Below, piece by piece: positions 39,252 through 48,853 of a DNA stretch of 64,000 bases. A program made the position numbers and the translations under genes. Source of the stretch: Lachnospiraceae bacterium (GTDB lineage: Bacteria; Bacillota; Clostridia; Lachnospirales; Lachnospiraceae); assembly GCA_022774505.1 (NCBI GenBank), contig JALFLW010000079.1:158-64157 (forward strand). The letters are read 5' to 3'. Each line of letters opens with the position of its first letter. Position 1 is the stretch's first letter. The notes beneath the pieces were generated by a model, which ran no database searches, had not been told where the DNA came from, and worked only from the letters and a program-made list of their open reading frames with translations.

Positions 39252-40037
39252 TCATATGAAATTTTTTATAAAGCTGCGCCGATGTATCGGACATGGTCCG
39301 TATTTTCTTATCGCTTCCGTATGGAAAGCTGAACCGTATCCCTTATGTTTTGCAAATCCATATTCCGGATATATCTTATCATATTCTACCATCATCCTGT
39401 CCCTTGTCACCTTGGCCAGAATACTTGCTGCTGCAATTGAAACACTCTTAGCATCTCCTTTGATGATCCCAACCTGCTTCATGGAAACATCCGGTATTGT
39501 TACTGCATCTACCAAAAGAAGATCCGGCAATATTCCCAACCCCTCAATCGCCTGACGCATCGCCTCATAAGTTGCCTGAAGTATATTGATCTCATCAATT
39601 CTCTGTGGCGAGATCACACCGACCGCACTGGCAACCGCTTTTTCTTTAATCTCATCATATAATGCTTCCCTCCTGGAAGCACTCACCTGCTTTGAATCAT
39701 TCAAATATAATATAGAACAATCTTTGGGAAGAATTACAGCTCCTGCAACTACCGGTCCGGCAAGCGGACCTCTTCCTGCCTCATCAATTCCGCAGATTGC
39801 CATATAATCATGATATTTTTTTTCAAATATCTTCATATTCTCAAGCCGATGCATTTCCTGCTGCAATTTTTCCTTATTTTTCCGTTCTTTGTCAAGAAGT
39901 TCCTGTACTCCCTTTCTGGTATCTGATTGATACAGCATCATCAAAGTTTCTTTTTCTTTCCTATCTGCTTTTTGAAACTCTTCTTTTATTTCACGAATCC
40001 CCTTCATTTGTGCTGCTATCCCCTCCTCAAAGGACAA
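39252..40037 (-). CDS. rnhB: ribonuclease HII
   Basis: GIDEAGRGPLAGPVV and DSK motifs with a coiled-coil N-terminal extension. Downstream of rbgA. Confidence 0.9.
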   Translation of the reverse strand: MSFEEGIAAQMKGIREIKEEFQKADRKEKETLMMLYQSDTRKGVQELLDKERKNKEKLQQEMHRLENMKIFEKKYHDYMAICGIDEAGRGPLAGPVVAGAVILPKDCSILYLNDSKQVSASRREALYDEIKEKAVASAVGVISPQRIDEINILQATYEAMRQAIEGLGILPDLLLVDAVTIPDVSMKQVGIIKGDAKSVSIAAASILAKVTRDRMMVEYDKIYPEYGFAKHKGYGSAFHTEAIRKYGPCPIHRRSFIKNFI

Positions 40038-40056
40038 AACGCCTGTTTTTCCCTTT

Positions 40057-42210
40057 TTATTTCAATGTTCCAAAATGATTTAACGGCCATGTACATAACC
40101 ATGCCTCTCCAATGATATCATTTTTATTAACCAGTCCAACGTAAGAATTTCGGCTGTCTGTACTCATATTACGGTTATCACCCATTACAAAATACTGTTT
40201 AGGTCCTAATACCAATGGTTTTTCCGCAATTCCCGCCTCCTGTATTTCGGCCGATGCATATTTATCATCTGACAGCTTTTCGTTATTAATATACACACTT
40301 CCATCAATGATCTGTACTGTCTCGCCAGGCAATCCAATCACCCTTTTAATATAATATGTTTCCTCTGATGATGTACTGTCATAATGAACAGGAAAAACTA
40401 CTACATCATATCTTTTTGGGTCTTTAAAATAATACGAAAGTCTTTCTATGATCACACTATCCCCATCCGTCAATGTAGGTTCCATAGATTCTCCCTCTAC
40501 GGTTGTCTGATGTGCCACATAGCTTGTCACAAATGATGCTAAAAAGTATGCAATTCCTATGCAAAATGCAATTATTATGATATTAGTTACTAACTTTGAT
40601 GCCTTATCTGCTTTCCCTGGGATTATTTCTTTTATGTCCTGGATTTTTTGAGCCAGTCCACCTTCTTCCACTGCTTCCCCTTCAAGCTGAACCACCTCGC
40701 CATCTACTGCCATCCCGTCTTCCAGTGTGACAGCTGACTCCGATTTTTTCTTCAGAATACCGGAAATTTTCCGCCCGGCTCCCTTGGCTGCTATTGCCGC
40801 TTTATGAGCAAACTCCTCTCCCTTTTCTGCAACAGACTCATTGGAAGCCTGCTGCTTTTCTGCTTTCAGCTGACGATTTTCCTCCATTGCAGCATTTACT
40901 TCTTCGAGAGTTCTTTCCTCCGGTGCAAGCTTTTTCTTGATTCCGGCAAGCTTCTTCTTAATTCCGGCTATATCAAATTTAATTGTAATTTCAACAGTGT
41001 GATCCTGTTCCTCTTCCTCATCCATAGATCTGGTTTCTTTGGAAATAGTATCTAATGCCGATGATTTTGGATGTACCGGCCGGGTGGTTGAGGTGCTCAC
41101 GGATATTAAGTGTTCCTTTTTAGGCTGTTCAGCCTTTGGTACTGCCGGGACTTTCCCCGTCTCTGACTCATTTTTCTGTTCATAATGCAATGACTCCGGC
41201 ATACTTTGACGATTGATCTGTCCCTCCGGAAGTTCTGTTATAGAAACCTTCTGGTCCTGTTGTGTCTGAGCCGTTTGAAAAACAGGCTGCTGTACCGCTG
41301 CAACACCCTGCTGTGTCATACCGGCAGCAGACTGCTGTACTGACCTGTCTGGCTGATCGACTGTATTCGTAACAGCCTGCTTCACTGGCGATACAGACTG
41401 ACCTCTCTGTACCGTACCCGGCTGCATCTGCCTTGGCTGTGCGGATGCCTGATCTGCCTGTGACCGGCTGACTGTATTGGTAGCAGGCGGCTCCACTGAG
41501 GAAACTACCTGGCGGCTCTGCGTCGTACCCGGCTGCATCTGCCTTGGCTGTGCGGATACCTGACCTGCCTGTGACCGGCTGGCTGTATCAGTAGCAGACG
41601 GCTTCACTGAGGAAACTGCCTGGCGGCTCTGCGTCATACCCGGCTGCATCTGCCCTAGTTGTGCGGATGCCTGACCTGCCTGTGACCGGCTGACTGTATT
41701 TGTAACAGCCTGCTTCACCGGTGATACAGACCGACCGCTCTGTACCGTACCCGGCTGCATCTGCCCTGGCTGGGTAGATGTCCGATCTGACTGTGGCTGA
41801 TTGACTATATTCGTAGCAGGTGGCTTCACTGGTGATACAGACCGACCGCTCTGTACCATACCCGGCTGCATCTGCCCTGGCTGTGCGGATGCCTGATCTG
41901 CCTGTGACCGGCTGACTGCTTTAGCAACAGGCTGCCCTAATGACGGAGCCGCCTGCCTGTTCTGCGTTGCTGCTTTTTTTTGTACCGGTCTTGATTGACT
42001 CTGTCCCTGACCGGTCTGTGCCGGCTTTAACCGGTTATATGGTTCTTCGGTCTGACCATGCATTTTTCCAGATATAGGCTGCCGGGAAGATACACTTACA
42101 GATGCTTTTTCCTGCTTTTCAGAATTATCACCAATATTCTTTCCCTCCAGCCTTGCACGTATCTCTTCTGCAAAAGCAAGACTATCCTCGATCATCTTTT
42201 CGTCATACAT
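40057..42210 (-). CDS. lepB: signal peptidase I with ~500-aa N-terminal low-complexity/repeat cytoplasmic extension
   Basis: The C-terminal ~190 aa hold a TM anchor (IIIIAFCIGIAYFLASFV), the catalytic Ser box EGESMEPTL, the Lys box YIKRVIGLPGE, and GDNRNMSTDSR. The N-terminal ~500 aa are Gln/Ser/Pro/Val-rich and include five 37-aa tandem repeats. Confidence 0.8.
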   Translation of the reverse strand: MYDEKMIEDSLAFAEEIRARLEGKNIGDNSEKQEKASVSVSSRQPISGKMHGQTEEPYNRLKPAQTGQGQSQSRPVQKKAATQNRQAAPSLGQPVAKAVSRSQADQASAQPGQMQPGMVQSGRSVSPVKPPATNIVNQPQSDRTSTQPGQMQPGTVQSGRSVSPVKQAVTNTVSRSQAGQASAQLGQMQPGMTQSRQAVSSVKPSATDTASRSQAGQVSAQPRQMQPGTTQSRQVVSSVEPPATNTVSRSQADQASAQPRQMQPGTVQRGQSVSPVKQAVTNTVDQPDRSVQQSAAGMTQQGVAAVQQPVFQTAQTQQDQKVSITELPEGQINRQSMPESLHYEQKNESETGKVPAVPKAEQPKKEHLISVSTSTTRPVHPKSSALDTISKETRSMDEEEEQDHTVEITIKFDIAGIKKKLAGIKKKLAPEERTLEEVNAAMEENRQLKAEKQQASNESVAEKGEEFAHKAAIAAKGAGRKISGILKKKSESAVTLEDGMAVDGEVVQLEGEAVEEGGLAQKIQDIKEIIPGKADKASKLVTNIIIIAFCIGIAYFLASFVTSYVAHQTTVEGESMEPTLTDGDSVIIERLSYYFKDPKRYDVVVFPVHYDSTSSEETYYIKRVIGLPGETVQIIDGSVYINNEKLSDDKYASAEIQEAGIAEKPLVLGPKQYFVMGDNRNMSTDSRNSYVGLVNKNDIIGEAWLCTWPLNHFGTLK
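41350..41935 (-). repeat. in-frame 111-bp tandem repeat, about 5 copies, inside the signal peptidase I N-terminal extension
   Basis: The marker cccggctgcatctgcc recurs at 41417, 41528, 41639, 41750 and 41861, an exact 111-bp period. Units encode ...SRSQA(D/G)QASAQPGQMQPG(T/M)VQSGRSVSPVK(Q/P)xxTNTV. Confidence 0.85.
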
Positions 42211-42234
42211 AATTGTTCCCCCTACAACAGCACT

Positions 42235-43080
42235 CTACCTGTCCGGACACTCCAAACTGATATTCCCAAGTCTTCCATTCCGAAAATCATCTATCACATA
42301 ATTGGCTGCCTTGTCAAGATCAAGCTCTCCCCCTGTCTTTAAGCATCCTCTGCGTTTAGCAATACTTTCCAGCAGTTTTATATCATTTTCCTCCTGCTCG
42401 ATCTGATATGCCTCTGCCAACACCGATGGATAGTTATCCCTCAGATACTCCATCAACAAAAGACACAATTCATATTGATTGGATAATTCATCCTTGATCG
42501 AACCGATAAAAGCAAGTCTGAGTCCCACCGTTTGATCTTCAAACTTAGGCCATAAAATTCCCGGTGTATCGAGAAGCTCCACATTCTTATTTAAACGGAT
42601 CCATTGTTTTCCCTTGGTAACTCCCGGTTTATTGCCGGTTTTTGTACATGCTTTCCCGGCAAAACTGTTTATAAAGGTTGACTTGCCCACATTTGGTATT
42701 CCAACGATCATTGCTCTGATCGGCCGGTTCAGAATCCCTCTGCGCCTGTCACGTTCGATCTTTTCCTTGCAGGCACTTTGAATCACCTCATTCACCTGCT
42801 TAACGCCTTTTCCATTCTTAGAATTGACAAGCGATACAAAAAAACCCCTCTCCTCATAATATTTTTTCCATTGTGCCGTGACAACCGGATCGGCAAGATC
42901 ACATTTATTTAATAAAATAATCCTCGACTTTCCATTTGCCATAGGATCAATATCCGGATTTTTACTGCTAAGAGGTACTCTTGCATCCACCAGCTCAATA
43001 ATCACATTAATCAGCTTAAGATCCTCCTGCATTGCCCTTTTTGCCTTTGACATATGACCGGGATACCACTGAAATTCCAT
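42235..43080 (-). CDS. rbgA: ribosome biogenesis GTPase A (YlqF)
   Basis: N-terminus MEFQWYPGHMSKAKR. Circularly permuted GTPase motifs NKCDL ... GIPNVGKST ... DTPG. Confidence 0.9.
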   Translation of the reverse strand: MEFQWYPGHMSKAKRAMQEDLKLINVIIELVDARVPLSSKNPDIDPMANGKSRIILLNKCDLADPVVTAQWKKYYEERGFFVSLVNSKNGKGVKQVNEVIQSACKEKIERDRRRGILNRPIRAMIVGIPNVGKSTFINSFAGKACTKTGNKPGVTKGKQWIRLNKNVELLDTPGILWPKFEDQTVGLRLAFIGSIKDELSNQYELCLLLMEYLRDNYPSVLAEAYQIEQEENDIKLLESIAKRRGCLKTGGELDLDKAANYVIDDFRNGRLGNISLECPDR

Positions 43081-43114
43081 AATTTTTGACCATACCTTTC
43101 TTTTATCTTATCCC

Positions 43115-43717
43115 CTACATGCTGCTGCTTGAATCGGATTGTTTAAAGTTATTGATCATACCCACGAAGGTAAATGAGTTCATACGAATCCATGCTTTTC
43201 CGATAACTGCTTTTTTCTGTACATTTCCTACCATTGCATTACGGCTGTCTTCACATTCATTTCGGTTATCTCCCAGCACAAAGTACTCATTTTTATCAAG
43301 TGTAACCGCCTCTGCCGCCATACCTCCATTTTCGATCAATGGAAACTCAAGCTTCTCTTTTAAAGGTTTATCATTAATATAGACTTGTCCCTCTTTGATC
43401 TGCACCCGCTCTCCCGGCAGACCGATCACCCGCTCCAGCGTAAAATAGCTATGCTCAGATCCCGTCTGTTTTACCACGATCACATCATTCCGCCTTATCT
43501 TATGAAGCTTATAGGAAAGCTTGTTGATCAAAATCGTGTCTCCGGATTTCAATGTGGGACTCATATATTCTCCTGACACTGTCATTCTTTCCAGTCCATA
43601 GCGTGTGATCGCAAATGCGACAAAAACGACAATTATGGCTTCTACAAAAGTGATCATTATTTTCAAAATAAACTGTCGTGAAAATTTTCTTTCTTCTAAA
43701 TCAAAATCATATTTCAT
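43115..43717 (-). CDS. lepB: signal peptidase I (short, canonical form)
   Basis: 200 aa. TM anchor, then GEYMSPTL (Ser box), LERVIGLPGE (Lys box) and GDNRNECEDSR. Confidence 0.85.
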   Translation of the reverse strand: MKYDFDLEERKFSRQFILKIMITFVEAIIVVFVAFAITRYGLERMTVSGEYMSPTLKSGDTILINKLSYKLHKIRRNDVIVVKQTGSEHSYFTLERVIGLPGERVQIKEGQVYINDKPLKEKLEFPLIENGGMAAEAVTLDKNEYFVLGDNRNECEDSRNAMVGNVQKKAVIGKAWIRMNSFTFVGMINNFKQSDSSSSM

Positions 43718-43722
43718 ATTTG

Positions 43723-44487
43723 TCAGTTCCCTGTCTCTATATTTTTCAAAATATGCAATGCATGCTTTGGAATAAATTTTTCAAAATGTTCCTTACAAAA
43801 CTGTTCCGCATATGGCTGCACACTATATGCTTCTGCATATTCTCCTAAACGATCACATAATAATGCATATTCTTCTATTGTAAGCTTTCCTTTTTTAAGT
43901 AAAAGATAATAATCCTCTTTTTCCGGTTCAAAAAATACAGCACTATTTACCATTTTTTCAGTGCATACCGCTCCGGCAAGATGCTCCAGAGTACGAAGGT
44001 CATCGAAGCGAAATACCCGCGGTGCGCTGAGACGCTTATTCTCTTTATCAAGCTTTCTTTTTTCTGCCTGCCTGAATATCTCCTGTAAATCCTCCTGCCT
44101 TTCGGCCCCTGTTTCCTCTATCTCAGCAGCCATCTCTTCATCGGATGAAGCTCCGGTAATCTGCTCCATTTCTTCCGGACTTATCAAAGAGGCCAGCTGT
44201 TGATGTATATGCTGAAGCATATTCTGGAAATTGTCTCCGCTGACATCACGATCTGTCAGAGTGATCATCAGACCATTGTCCGGCATCTTCATAATCTGCA
44301 TGGAAACCATGCCGCTGTGTGCCTCATATCCCACCTCTTCCTCTGCACGCTCTACCAAATGCTCTAAAAACTCTCTTGCTTTTTCCTGATCTGAAAAAAG
44401 ATCCTCTATCCGAAAACCGTATGCATTCATTTCTTCTTCAGACAAAATACACTGTACAGTATTTTTATCAATTCTTCGAAAATCCAT
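43723..44487 (-). CDS. mecA: adaptor protein MecA (ClpC adaptor)
   Basis: MDFRRIDKNTVQCILSEEEMNAYGFRIEDLF parallels the B. subtilis MecA N-terminus (MEIERINEHTVKFYMSYGDIEDRGF). An acidic linker and C-terminal domain follow. The start was set to the ATG 6 nt after a gggagga SD. Confidence 0.7.
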   Translation of the reverse strand: MDFRRIDKNTVQCILSEEEMNAYGFRIEDLFSDQEKAREFLEHLVERAEEEVGYEAHSGMVSMQIMKMPDNGLMITLTDRDVSGDNFQNMLQHIHQQLASLISPEEMEQITGASSDEEMAAEIEETGAERQEDLQEIFRQAEKRKLDKENKRLSAPRVFRFDDLRTLEHLAGAVCTEKMVNSAVFFEPEKEDYYLLLKKGKLTIEEYALLCDRLGEYAEAYSVQPYAEQFCKEHFEKFIPKHALHILKNIETGN

Positions 44488-44665
44488 GTACATTCCTCCC
44501 GTCTGTACCATCCGGCTAAATTTTTATATTTCATTCCGCATCTGTGCCGGAATGATTATTCATTTATCCAACAATATCTTAATGCACCAACTGGCATCTG
44601 TCAATTTTTCCACCAAAAAAACACAAAGATTTCATATATTTTTAATGTCGGCCGGGTTGCATAAA

Positions 44666-45508
44666 CTACAAAAACAATGCAAAGCTTGCCAGTACCACCG
44701 CTCCTAATATAATACGGTACCATCCAAACACCTTAAAATCATGTTTCTTGATATATCCCATAAGAAAACGTATCACAATTACAGATACAAGAAAAGCGGA
44801 AATCATTCCTACACCGAGTACCGCTGCTTCCCGTGCCGAAAAATGAAGACCAAATTTCAAGAGCTTGATCAGACTAGCCCCAAACATCACCGGAATAGCC
44901 AGATAAAAAGTAAATTCAGCTGCAATCTGTCTTGACAATCCCAGTATCAGTCCGCCAATGATCGTCGCACCGGAGCGTGATGTTCCCGGAAATACAGCTG
45001 CAACCAACTGAAATATTCCGATCATAAAAGCCGTTTGGTATGTAATATCTGCGATGGACGTGATCTTAGGTTTACGCTTTTTATTCCAATCCTCCACAAT
45101 GATAAAAAGAATACCGACAAGAATCAACATGATCGATACCGTCCTGTAGTTATAAAATAATGCTTCAAGATTATCTCCTGCAGCAAGCTCTATAATAACA
45201 GCCGGAATACAGGCTACAACAATCTTGATCCACATAATAAAAATATCTTCCCTGATCCAGCCCGGAAGAAATTTATTTTTTCCATCACTTTTCATCTGAA
45301 AAGGCCATATCTGTTTCCAAAACAAAAGTACAACTGCTAAAATAGCTCCTAACTGGATCACTACCAGATACATCTCTTTAAAAGCATCTGACATAGATAA
45401 CCGGACAAACTCATCAAATAGTATCATATGTCCTGTACTGCTCACAGGCAGCCACTCCGTAATTCCCTCAACAATGCCAAACAATAATGACTTTAATATT
45501 TCTAACAT
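44666..45508 (-). CDS. uppP: undecaprenyl-diphosphate phosphatase (BacA/UppP)
   Basis: GITEWLPVSSTGHM and PGTSRSGATI motifs in a 280-aa polytopic membrane protein. Confidence 0.9.
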   Translation of the reverse strand: MLEILKSLLFGIVEGITEWLPVSSTGHMILFDEFVRLSMSDAFKEMYLVVIQLGAILAVVLLFWKQIWPFQMKSDGKNKFLPGWIREDIFIMWIKIVVACIPAVIIELAAGDNLEALFYNYRTVSIMLILVGILFIIVEDWNKKRKPKITSIADITYQTAFMIGIFQLVAAVFPGTSRSGATIIGGLILGLSRQIAAEFTFYLAIPVMFGASLIKLLKFGLHFSAREAAVLGVGMISAFLVSVIVIRFLMGYIKKHDFKVFGWYRIILGAVVLASFALFL

Positions 45509-45649
45509 TTTCCCCTCCAGCCGTTTATAGTATCATTCTACATAAATACTACTATACTATACCGAAATATACCAAAAAGCACAAGTAAAAAGAGTTTAAC
45601 TTTTTATAAAGCTTTTTATAAATTTTTGTTAGATTTTATTTATCATAAA

Positions 45650-45690
45650 CAAAAAGATGCCCTGCCGGGAAACAACTCGACAGGACACCT
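45650..45690 (-). terminator. rho-independent terminator after etfA
   Basis: The minus-strand RNA forms GUCCUGUCG-loop-CGGCAGGGC (9 bp including 2 G-U pairs), followed by AUCUUUUUGUUU. Confidence 0.5.
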
Positions 45691-45731
45691 TTTTGTTTCT
45701 ATACGAAAGAAGGATTTCTTATTGAAACAAA

Positions 45732-46769
45732 TTATTTAACAACCTTCTTCAACTCTTCTGTAAGCTTCGGAACAATCTTGTTGAGATCTCCAACGATGCC
45801 ATAATCTGCTACATCAAAGATTGGAGCAGAATCATCCTTGTTGATTGCAATGATGATATCAGACTCTTCCATACCTGCTGTATGCTGGATCGCACCGGAA
45901 ATACCGATTGCAAAGTATACATTAGGACGAACAGTCTTACCTGTCTGGCCTACCTGAAGCTCTTTTGGAAGCCATCCGTTATCTACTACGGCACGGGAGC
46001 AGCTTACAGTACCACCGATCACATCAGCGAGATCCTGAAGCAGCTTGAAGTTCTCTGCACTTCCTACACCACGACCACCGGATACGAGGATCTTTGCATC
46101 CATGATATCTACTGTGTCTGAAAGCTCTTTTACAATGTCAAGGATCTCGACATATTTATTATCCGGAGTAAATCCAGGATTATACTCGATCACCTCAGCC
46201 TTAGCGCCGGCAATCGGATCGATCTTCTGCATTACACCCGGACGAACGGTTGCCATCTGAGGACGGTTATCCGGACATGCGATCGTTGCGATCGTATTAC
46301 CACCAAATGCAGGACGAGTCATAAGAAGCTGATTGTGCTTCTGCTCCTGTCCAGGAATAGCATTCAGAGGGAAATCACCAATCTCAAGTACAGTACAGTC
46401 TGCTGTCAGACCTGTTGCAACCCTTGCTGAAACGCGAGGACCAAGGTCACGACCGATTGCTGTAGCACCAACCAGAACGATCTCCGGCTTGTACTCGTTA
46501 ATTACTGATGCTAATGCATGTGCATATGGCTCTGTTCTGTATTCCTTAAGCTCAGGGTCATCAACAACGATAACCTTGTCTGCACCATACTCTGCCAGCT
46601 GATCTACAAGGCCCTTTACATCAGAACCGATCAAAACAGCTGTAACTTCTGTATTCAGAGGAGCTGCGAGCTCCTTTGCTTTTCCAAGCAGCTCAAATGC
46701 GATGCTGCTCAGCTCATTGTCTACCTGCTGTGCAAAGACATAGACACCCTTATATTCTTCTAAATTCAT
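45732..46769 (-). CDS. etfA: electron transfer flavoprotein subunit alpha (Bcd-associated, bifurcating type)
   Basis: About 345 aa. C-terminal FAD domain motifs ILVSGGRGVG, VGQTGKTVRPNVYFAIGISGAIQH and the IIAINKD region. The start was set to the ATG (MNLEEYKG) after an aaggaaaag SD. Confidence 0.9.
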   Translation of the reverse strand: MNLEEYKGVYVFAQQVDNELSSIAFELLGKAKELAAPLNTEVTAVLIGSDVKGLVDQLAEYGADKVIVVDDPELKEYRTEPYAHALASVINEYKPEIVLVGATAIGRDLGPRVSARVATGLTADCTVLEIGDFPLNAIPGQEQKHNQLLMTRPAFGGNTIATIACPDNRPQMATVRPGVMQKIDPIAGAKAEVIEYNPGFTPDNKYVEILDIVKELSDTVDIMDAKILVSGGRGVGSAENFKLLQDLADVIGGTVSCSRAVVDNGWLPKELQVGQTGKTVRPNVYFAIGISGAIQHTAGMEESDIIIAINKDDSAPIFDVADYGIVGDLNKIVPKLTEELKKVVK

Positions 46770-46796
46770 TATTGTCACCACTTTTCCTTATTTTGA

Positions 46797-47591
46797 TTAG
46801 ATTACATGCTTCTCTTTTAACTTGCCCATGATGTATGATACTGCATCATCCGGAGAATCCGGAGTAACAACCTCACCGGCACCCTTCTTTACTTTATCAG
46901 ATGCCTTTGCGATCTTTGTAGGAGAACCCTTCAGACCAAGATTAGAATCATCTACATCCTTAAGGTCAGCTCTGCCCCAGACTGTAATCTCTTTCTCATA
47001 TGCATCAAAGATTCCGCCCGGTGTCATGTAACGCGGCTCATTCAGCTCAGAAAGAGCAGTGATCAGACATGGCATCTTTGCCTTCAGTACATGATATCTG
47101 TCATCGAACTGACGCTCAACAACTACGCTGTCACCCTCAACCTTAATATTCTTTGCATAAGAGATTACAGGAAGATCCAGATGCTCAGAAATCTGTGGTC
47201 CAACCTGTGCAGTATCGCCATCAATAGCCTGACGGCCAGTGATGATCAAATCATAATCAATATTTCTCAAAGCGCCGGCAATTGTTGTAGAAGTTGCCCA
47301 TGTATCAGCACCACCGAGTACACGGTCTGTTACAAGGATCCCCTTGTCAGCACCCATAGCAAGTGCTTCACGAAGAACTTCCTCAGCCTTTGGAAGACCC
47401 ATTGTAAGAACAGTTACTTCCACATTGTCTTTGCCCATATCGTCTTTAATTCTGAGTGCTGCTTCCAAACCGGCTTTATCGTCCGGGTTCATGATGGCAA
47501 GCATAGCACCTCTGTCCAGAGTACCGTCCGGATTAAACTTAACTCCGCCCTTTGTATCTGGAACCTGCTTAATACAAACTACTATTTTCAC
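46797..47591 (-). CDS. etfB: electron transfer flavoprotein subunit beta
   Basis: MKIVVCIKQVPD N-terminus. 264 aa. Lies between bcd and etfA. Confidence 0.9.
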   Translation of the reverse strand: MKIVVCIKQVPDTKGGVKFNPDGTLDRGAMLAIMNPDDKAGLEAALRIKDDMGKDNVEVTVLTMGLPKAEEVLREALAMGADKGILVTDRVLGGADTWATSTTIAGALRNIDYDLIITGRQAIDGDTAQVGPQISEHLDLPVISYAKNIKVEGDSVVVERQFDDRYHVLKAKMPCLITALSELNEPRYMTPGGIFDAYEKEITVWGRADLKDVDDSNLGLKGSPTKIAKASDKVKKGAGEVVTPDSPDDAVSYIMGKLKEKHVI

Positions 47592-47643
47592 AGCTTTGTC
47601 ACTCCTTGTCTTTTATTTTTATTCAGTGAATCCATTATTTCTA

Positions 47644-48813
47644 TTAACGGAGAAGAGCACCAGAGATAACCATACGCTGAACCTCTGAAGTTCCCTCGTA
47701 GATCTCTGTGATCTTTGCATCACGCATCATACGTTCTACATCGTACTCTCTGATATATCCATAACCACCAAACAACTGAACACACTTGGTAGTAACCTCC
47801 ATTGCAACCTCAGCAGCATAAAGTTTAGCCATAGCTGCCTCAACAGAGTAAGAAACTTTTGCACCATTTGCAAATTCCTGTTTCTTAAGAGCTGCCTTGT
47901 ATACAAGAGCCTTAGCAGCCTCGATCTTTGTAGCCATATTTGCAAGCTGGAACTGTGTATTCTGCTGAGCAGAAATAGCACGTCCGAACTGCTTTCTCTC
48001 CTTGGTGTACTCAATTGTCTTCTCCAGTGCACCCTCAGCAAGACCAAGAGCCTGTGAAGCGATACCGATACGTCCACCATCCAGAGTATGCATAGCGATT
48101 GGGAATCCCTTACCGCGGACACCTAACAGGTTCTCCTTTGGAATACGGCAATCCTCAAAGATCAGCTCGTATGTAGAAGATCCACGGATACCCATCTTTT
48201 TCTCCTTTGTACCGAAGGAGAATCCAGGAGTTCCTTTTTCAACGATAAATGCGGAGAAATTCTTTTTCTTTCTTCCGCGCTTGTCTTCTGTGATATCAGT
48301 AACAGCGATAATAATATAAACATCTGCCACCTTACCATTTGTGATGAAGCACTTGGAACCATTCAGTACCCACTCATCTCCATCCAAAACAGCCTTTGTC
48401 TGTGCACCCTGTGCATCTGTACCGGCACCCGGCTCAGTAAGACCAAATGCACCAAGCTTCTCACCATTGCAGAGAGGAGGAAGGAATTTCTCTTTCTGCT
48501 CCTTTGTTCCATATGTAAGAATCGGGTCTACACAAAGAGATGTATGTGCAGATACGATAACACCTGTCGTACCACAAACCTTAGACAGCTCCTCTACACA
48601 CATAATATATGTCAGGATATCTGCACCCTGTCCACCAAACTCCTTTGGTACCGGGATTCCAAGGAATCCGTTCTTTCCCATCTTATCCACTGTAACCTGT
48701 GGGAATACCTCAGTCTCATCAGTTTCCTGTGCCAGAGGCTTTACTTCATTTTCAGCGAAATCCTTAAAAAGCTGTCTCGCCATCTCATGCTGTTTACTTA
48801 ATGTAAAATCCAT
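47644..48813 (-). CDS. bcd: butyryl-CoA dehydrogenase (short-chain acyl-CoA dehydrogenase)
   Basis: ACAD motifs GLTEPGAGTD, QLFGGYGY, and the catalytic-Glu region IYEGTSEVQR. Positioned in the thl-crt-hbd-bcd-etfBA context. The start was set to the ATG (MDFTLSK) after an aggaaaggtgg SD. Confidence 0.9.
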   Translation of the reverse strand: MDFTLSKQHEMARQLFKDFAENEVKPLAQETDETEVFPQVTVDKMGKNGFLGIPVPKEFGGQGADILTYIMCVEELSKVCGTTGVIVSAHTSLCVDPILTYGTKEQKEKFLPPLCNGEKLGAFGLTEPGAGTDAQGAQTKAVLDGDEWVLNGSKCFITNGKVADVYIIIAVTDITEDKRGRKKKNFSAFIVEKGTPGFSFGTKEKKMGIRGSSTYELIFEDCRIPKENLLGVRGKGFPIAMHTLDGGRIGIASQALGLAEGALEKTIEYTKERKQFGRAISAQQNTQFQLANMATKIEAAKALVYKAALKKQEFANGAKVSYSVEAAMAKLYAAEVAMEVTTKCVQLFGGYGYIREYDVERMMRDAKITEIYEGTSEVQRMVISGALLR

Positions 48814-48853
48814 GATTTGCTTTACCACCTTTCCTAATTTAATTCTTATTTAA

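Noticed and set aside
41350-41935. Regular 111-bp repeats, considered as a CRISPR-like or satellite array.
   Set aside because: The units are contiguous with no unique spacers and stay in frame with the signal peptidase I ORF. They are reported as a coding tandem repeat.
47091-47669. 192-aa plus-strand ORF antisense to etfB. The same applies to 59263-59871 (antisense to purL), 10324-10857 (antisense to minD), 21319-21861 (antisense to mutL) and 23396-23977 (antisense to mutS).
   Set aside because: All are shadow ORFs opposite strongly supported conserved genes. Their translations are low-complexity (Ser/Leu/Ile/Phe/Cys-rich) with no SD or recognisable motifs.
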